A stretch of 63,698 bases of DNA, filler included, from Octopus bimaculoides (taxonomy: Eukaryota): NCBI RefSeq assembly GCF_001194135.2. It is 9 parts of 8 records of this genome, joined end to end, with 100 filler letters (N's around TTAATTAATTAA, not from the genome) between each part and the next. Parts side by side here need not be neighbours in the genome. Positions count along the whole stretch, not along the records: positions 57,911 to 60,639 come from NC_069002.1; positions 60,740 to 63,698 come from NC_069001.1; 7 more parts are not named here. One strand, 5' to 3'. Each line of letters opens with the position of its first letter. Position 1 is the stretch's first letter. The notes beneath the pieces were generated by a model, which was given only the letters and a program-made list of their open reading frames with translations, made no database searches and was not told the DNA's origin. Of this stretch, positions 59,613 through 63,698 are shown in pieces. A program made the translations under genes and the position numbers.

Positions 59613-60752
59613 GTCTCTCAGTCTCTCTCTGTATATGTGTATATTTTAGTACACACATATCTACATACATTACGTGTGGCTGTGTGGTGAGAACCACATG
59701 GCCCTGAGTTCAGTCCAGCAGTGTGGTGGGACCTAGGCCCTAGAAGAATTCTAGTCGATCGAAGCGGCTGCGGTATTTATTGCGTACTGGAGTCGATCTA
59801 ATCAACTGGTTCACTACCTACAAAATTTCGGGCCTTGTGCCTTGAGTAGAAAAGAATTATTAGAATGGTAAGAATTTTGGAAAAAAAAAAACAAAAAAAA
59901 CATTTACAATGCTAAGTATGTACAAAGGATTTTATTGTAAGAAAAATCTGTAGCCAGCATCTGAAGGGATCTTAGAAATTGAAAAGTAAACTAAAAACTA
60001 ACCTCAAGTAATCGCCCTTTAAATTGTAGATCACACGCCAAAGTAGCACCACCATGCCTACATGAGGGGGATTTGGCTGTTATTTTTGGCAGATCAAGTG
60101 ACTGCTTAAGGCATTTATGGACAGCCTTATACCGAGAAGCGGGCCGCATGAAACACTCCTGCTCCTCAGAAATGCCCGCGAGTTGGAGTTTACACACGAC
60201 TGGTTTAAGGGCTTCCTTGGCCTTTACGTCGTATTGATAAGGTCTTCATTGTTAAGGTCAGTAATGGCATGTCTTCAGTGGCACAGTGCCGCTGGTGTGA
60301 ATGCAGTGACGGTGTATTCTCATCAGAATGGAGAAGGTTATGTGTTGTGGTGTCACATGCATGCAGGTGCTCGAGGGGAATCCTTTCGCGTTGCCGCATA
60401 TTTACTGTTTCAGTGTGCTCCCGCTGGCAAACGGTCAGTGTGCCCAGGCCACACTGGACATTGCACATGGCTGCTTTGATTGGTTGGTAAACAATCTAGT
60501 GATTAGTAAAAGAACAATAAAAGAAAAGATGAAAGGAAAAAAATCATCCTTCGAAAAGACAGCGAAAACAAAACAACACGAAGGTTGAATAGAAGAGAGA
60601 GAGAGTGAGTGAGTGAGAGAGAGAGAGAGAGAGAGAGAGNNNNNNNNNNNNNNNNNNNNNNNNNNNNNNNNNNNNNNNNNNNNTTAATTAATTAANNNNN
60701 NNNNNNNNNNNNNNNNNNNNNNNNNNNNNNNNNNNNNNNGTGTGTTCCTTTT

Positions 60753-60830
<78 letters not shown>

Positions 60831-62399
60831 TGTGTATATTCAAATGTATTTTATATGTATATAGTCACAAATAATCTATACATTGCAATACATATCCTCA
60901 TTGGGCGCTAATGCATAATTGTGCATACTTCATGTGCATTCTTCAAAGTTTCATTAAGTATTCAATTAAGATAAACTCTACATTTACAGGCATTATCTTA
61001 TAAGTCGGAACTGCGGTTAAAGAACAAACTCCACATTCTCTCTACCTGCAAAAACACTTCGGTTAATCTCCTAGCTCCTGTCATTTTGTTTTGCCCTTTC
61101 TCGGAGATCAGTTACACATTTTTACTGATCATTGAGAAAATAATATCTCTTAGTTATTCACAGATAGCAAAATCTCCCTGGGAAATTAATCTCTCTGACC
61201 TAATTTGCATAACACAATAATCGTTACAAATGTGTATTAATAATTTGTAAGAAAATTATGGATTTTCAGAGAAAACTAGGAATGGGGTAGTTATTATGCA
61301 TAAAATTTATTCGGATTACAGTAGATGAAATACTTATAAGCGACTGTTATTTCTGGCATCAAGAAATTTAGTAGCCAGTCTCTAATGAAACTTAAATATA
61401 ACATTGAAACTAATTTAGTCGATAAGGTTTTTTTCTAGTCAGAAATAGAAAGAGCTATTTTTTACAACTCGGTTAAAGTTTGGTACTTGGTAAGAACACA
61501 TCCCCGTAACATCTCAACTTATATTTATTTATCGAGGTGTCTGAGACACTGAAGTCACTATTACATCGGAGATCAAACAGCTATGATATCATGCAATGCA
61601 CATATTAAGTATGAATATAAGTATTAAGTAAGTTATGGCTGTTTTGAAACAACTGTCGTGATGAGACTTTATACAATTCTGCTGTTATGCTTTGCATGTT
61701 TCTTTATTCAGTAATCTGCACTTTGTGGTCCATGTAAATAGCGCTATGTTAAGTATTTTTAATGGTAAGCAAAGTGATAATTATTGCTGAAATGCCAGCT
61801 TCGATCTGGTTGTTTAAATCCTTGTTGTTGTTTAGAGATTAGAATCAAGTCAGTGATGGTTCATTGACTTATGAGCCAAAGAAGTATTCGAATCAGAGGC
61901 CATGGTTAACATGCTCACCTTGCAAACATGTAGTTTCAAGTTCGGTTCTAGTGCACAGCATCTTCTCTGAGTGTCTGCTACTACAGTCAAAGGTTGAGCA
62001 ATGCCTTGTGAGTGAATTTCATCGATGGAAACTGCATGTAAAGCTTTCAACGAGGTGCTCCAGCAAGGCCGATAGTCATGTAATGAGTGGTATTTATTCT
62101 GTTTGTTTAACCAAACCTGTAGAATTTGTGTAGATATATCCGTGAATTGCCTATCAAATAAAGTTTAGTCCGAGATTGCAGCACCTCATCTGGGTGTATG
62201 TTCCTACAACCCAAGACTGAACAATGCCTCATGAGTGAATTTGATTCATGGAAACTATATGCAGAACTGTCAACGCGGTGCCACAGCTTTTACTGTTTGA
62301 TTTACAAATATTGTAGAATTAGTTATAGATACATCCGAAAATTCCCTATCAAATCAAGTTAGTTTCAGTGCGTAGCATCTTATCTAAATGTCATCTCGA

Positions 62400-62560
62400 T
62401 AACCGGTGTAGGCGTGTTTACCTCCCCGTAACTTAGCGGCTCAGAAAAACATACCGATAAATAAGCTCTAGGCTTACAAAGAATAAGTCCTGAGGTCGAC
62501 ACGTTCGACTAAAGGTGGTGCTCCAGCATGGCCGCAGTCAAATGACTGAAAGAAGTAAAA
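62400..62560 (-). mobile_element. SINE family C (reverse orientation)
   Basis: CCCCGTAACTTAGCGG...GGCTTACAAAGAATAAGTCCTGAGGTCGAC...GGTGCTCCAGCATGGCCGCAGTCAAATGACTG. Confidence 0.8.
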
Positions 62561-63037
62561 GAATAAAAAAAGATTAAAAAAATACCGTAGAATTTAGCCC
62601 ATTACTGAACCATAACCAGCGTTCACATCAATATATTTGCTGTTGCTATAAGCTCAGCAGCCATTAGCAACGGATGACTAAATACACTCTAAATTAGATT
62701 CAAACTTAGCTTGGTCATGCTTTAATGAGAAAATCTATTAGCTCTATATTGGACGGGATGTTTTTCAGCATTTTAAGTTGTGTTTTTCGCAGTAAGATAA
62801 CGTGCGTACGTACGAATGTGCGCATGTGCAGCCTTGTGCGTGTACGTGTGTGTTCGTGTGTATGTGTGTGTTTGTGCGTGCGTGTGTACATGTGGCTATG
62901 TATATATATATATATAATATATATATATAGGTATGTATGTATATATATGCATATATATATTTATATAATGATATTTATAAATATATATGTAATAATATGC
63001 GTAGATAAATATATCCATGAATGCGTGCATGTATATA

Positions 63038-63096
<59 letters not shown>

Positions 63097-63220
63097 ACAT
63101 TTATACTGATTATTGCAATTATTATTTATATAAATTATATGTTATCTATACAAACATAAATGGTAAGAAAACAAAAACCAAAAGTAAGAATTAATGAAAA
63201 TCATAATCCGAACAAAAAAA

Positions 63221-63258
<38 letters not shown>

Positions 63259-63698
63259 CCCAAAACAAATTGCACAAAAAAAAACATACAAAAAAGGCAA
63301 ACATTTGCACATATACAATAAATGGGTCGTAATTGTAAAATGATTCATTTATATATATTTTAGATAAAAAAAAATGTTGTAAGTCAATTTGAGAGATTTT
63401 ATCGTCTAAAATGTTATATAAATCATACAATTATAAATTTCATTAGAACTTTTTTGTTATAGTTCCTAAACTGCTAATGGTGCAGTTTACGCACGCATGT
63501 GTGAGCGTGTGTGTATGTATGTATGTATGTATGTATGCGAGTGCAGCTAGGTGCATGTATGCGTTTTTCACTATATCTAACTGTCTCTGTATCAATCTAT
63601 TTGTCTCTCTCTCTCTCTCTCTATCTATTTCTCTGTCTTTACCAAACTGTTTGCCTGTCTGTCTATCTCTCCATCCTTCTATCTATCTATCTATCTAT

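Noticed and set aside
61201-61211. POU octamer ATTTGCAT as an enhancer signal
   Set aside because: A single AT-rich 8-mer is expected by chance in a window this size, and there is no supporting cluster.

Overview
Repeat-rich, AT-rich animal genomic DNA from a draft scaffold with many N-gaps, some holding the artificial linker TTAATTAATTAA. The SINE, LINE and microsatellite content looks like an octopus genome; this is inferred from recall of those repeats, not from a search. I found no prokaryotic systems and no confidently identifiable host gene, only isolated exon candidates (best: 26096-26211). The window is mostly decayed transposons: Tc1/mariner copies (some with intact TIRs), CR1/L2-like, RTE, L1/Tx1-like, R4/Dong-like and Penelope-like retroelements, piggyBac-type and other MITEs, several tRNA-derived SINE families and microsatellites. 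Four structures stand out. (1) A ~5.6 kb higher-order satellite (9.5-15.1 kb) whose module joins a 52-bp GC-rich minisatellite, variant TTAGGG arrays, a conserved DR1-like linker and a TAACGGAAA(C/G) array. (2) A 190-bp TIR element with an 8-bp TSD filled with telomere-like repeats. (3) A Tx1-like element with an open zinc-knuckle ORF1, an extra ATGA-overlapped ORF and the start of ORF2. (4) Hammerhead-ribozyme-like folds and an inverted Penelope structure. Repeat and SINE boundaries are approximate.
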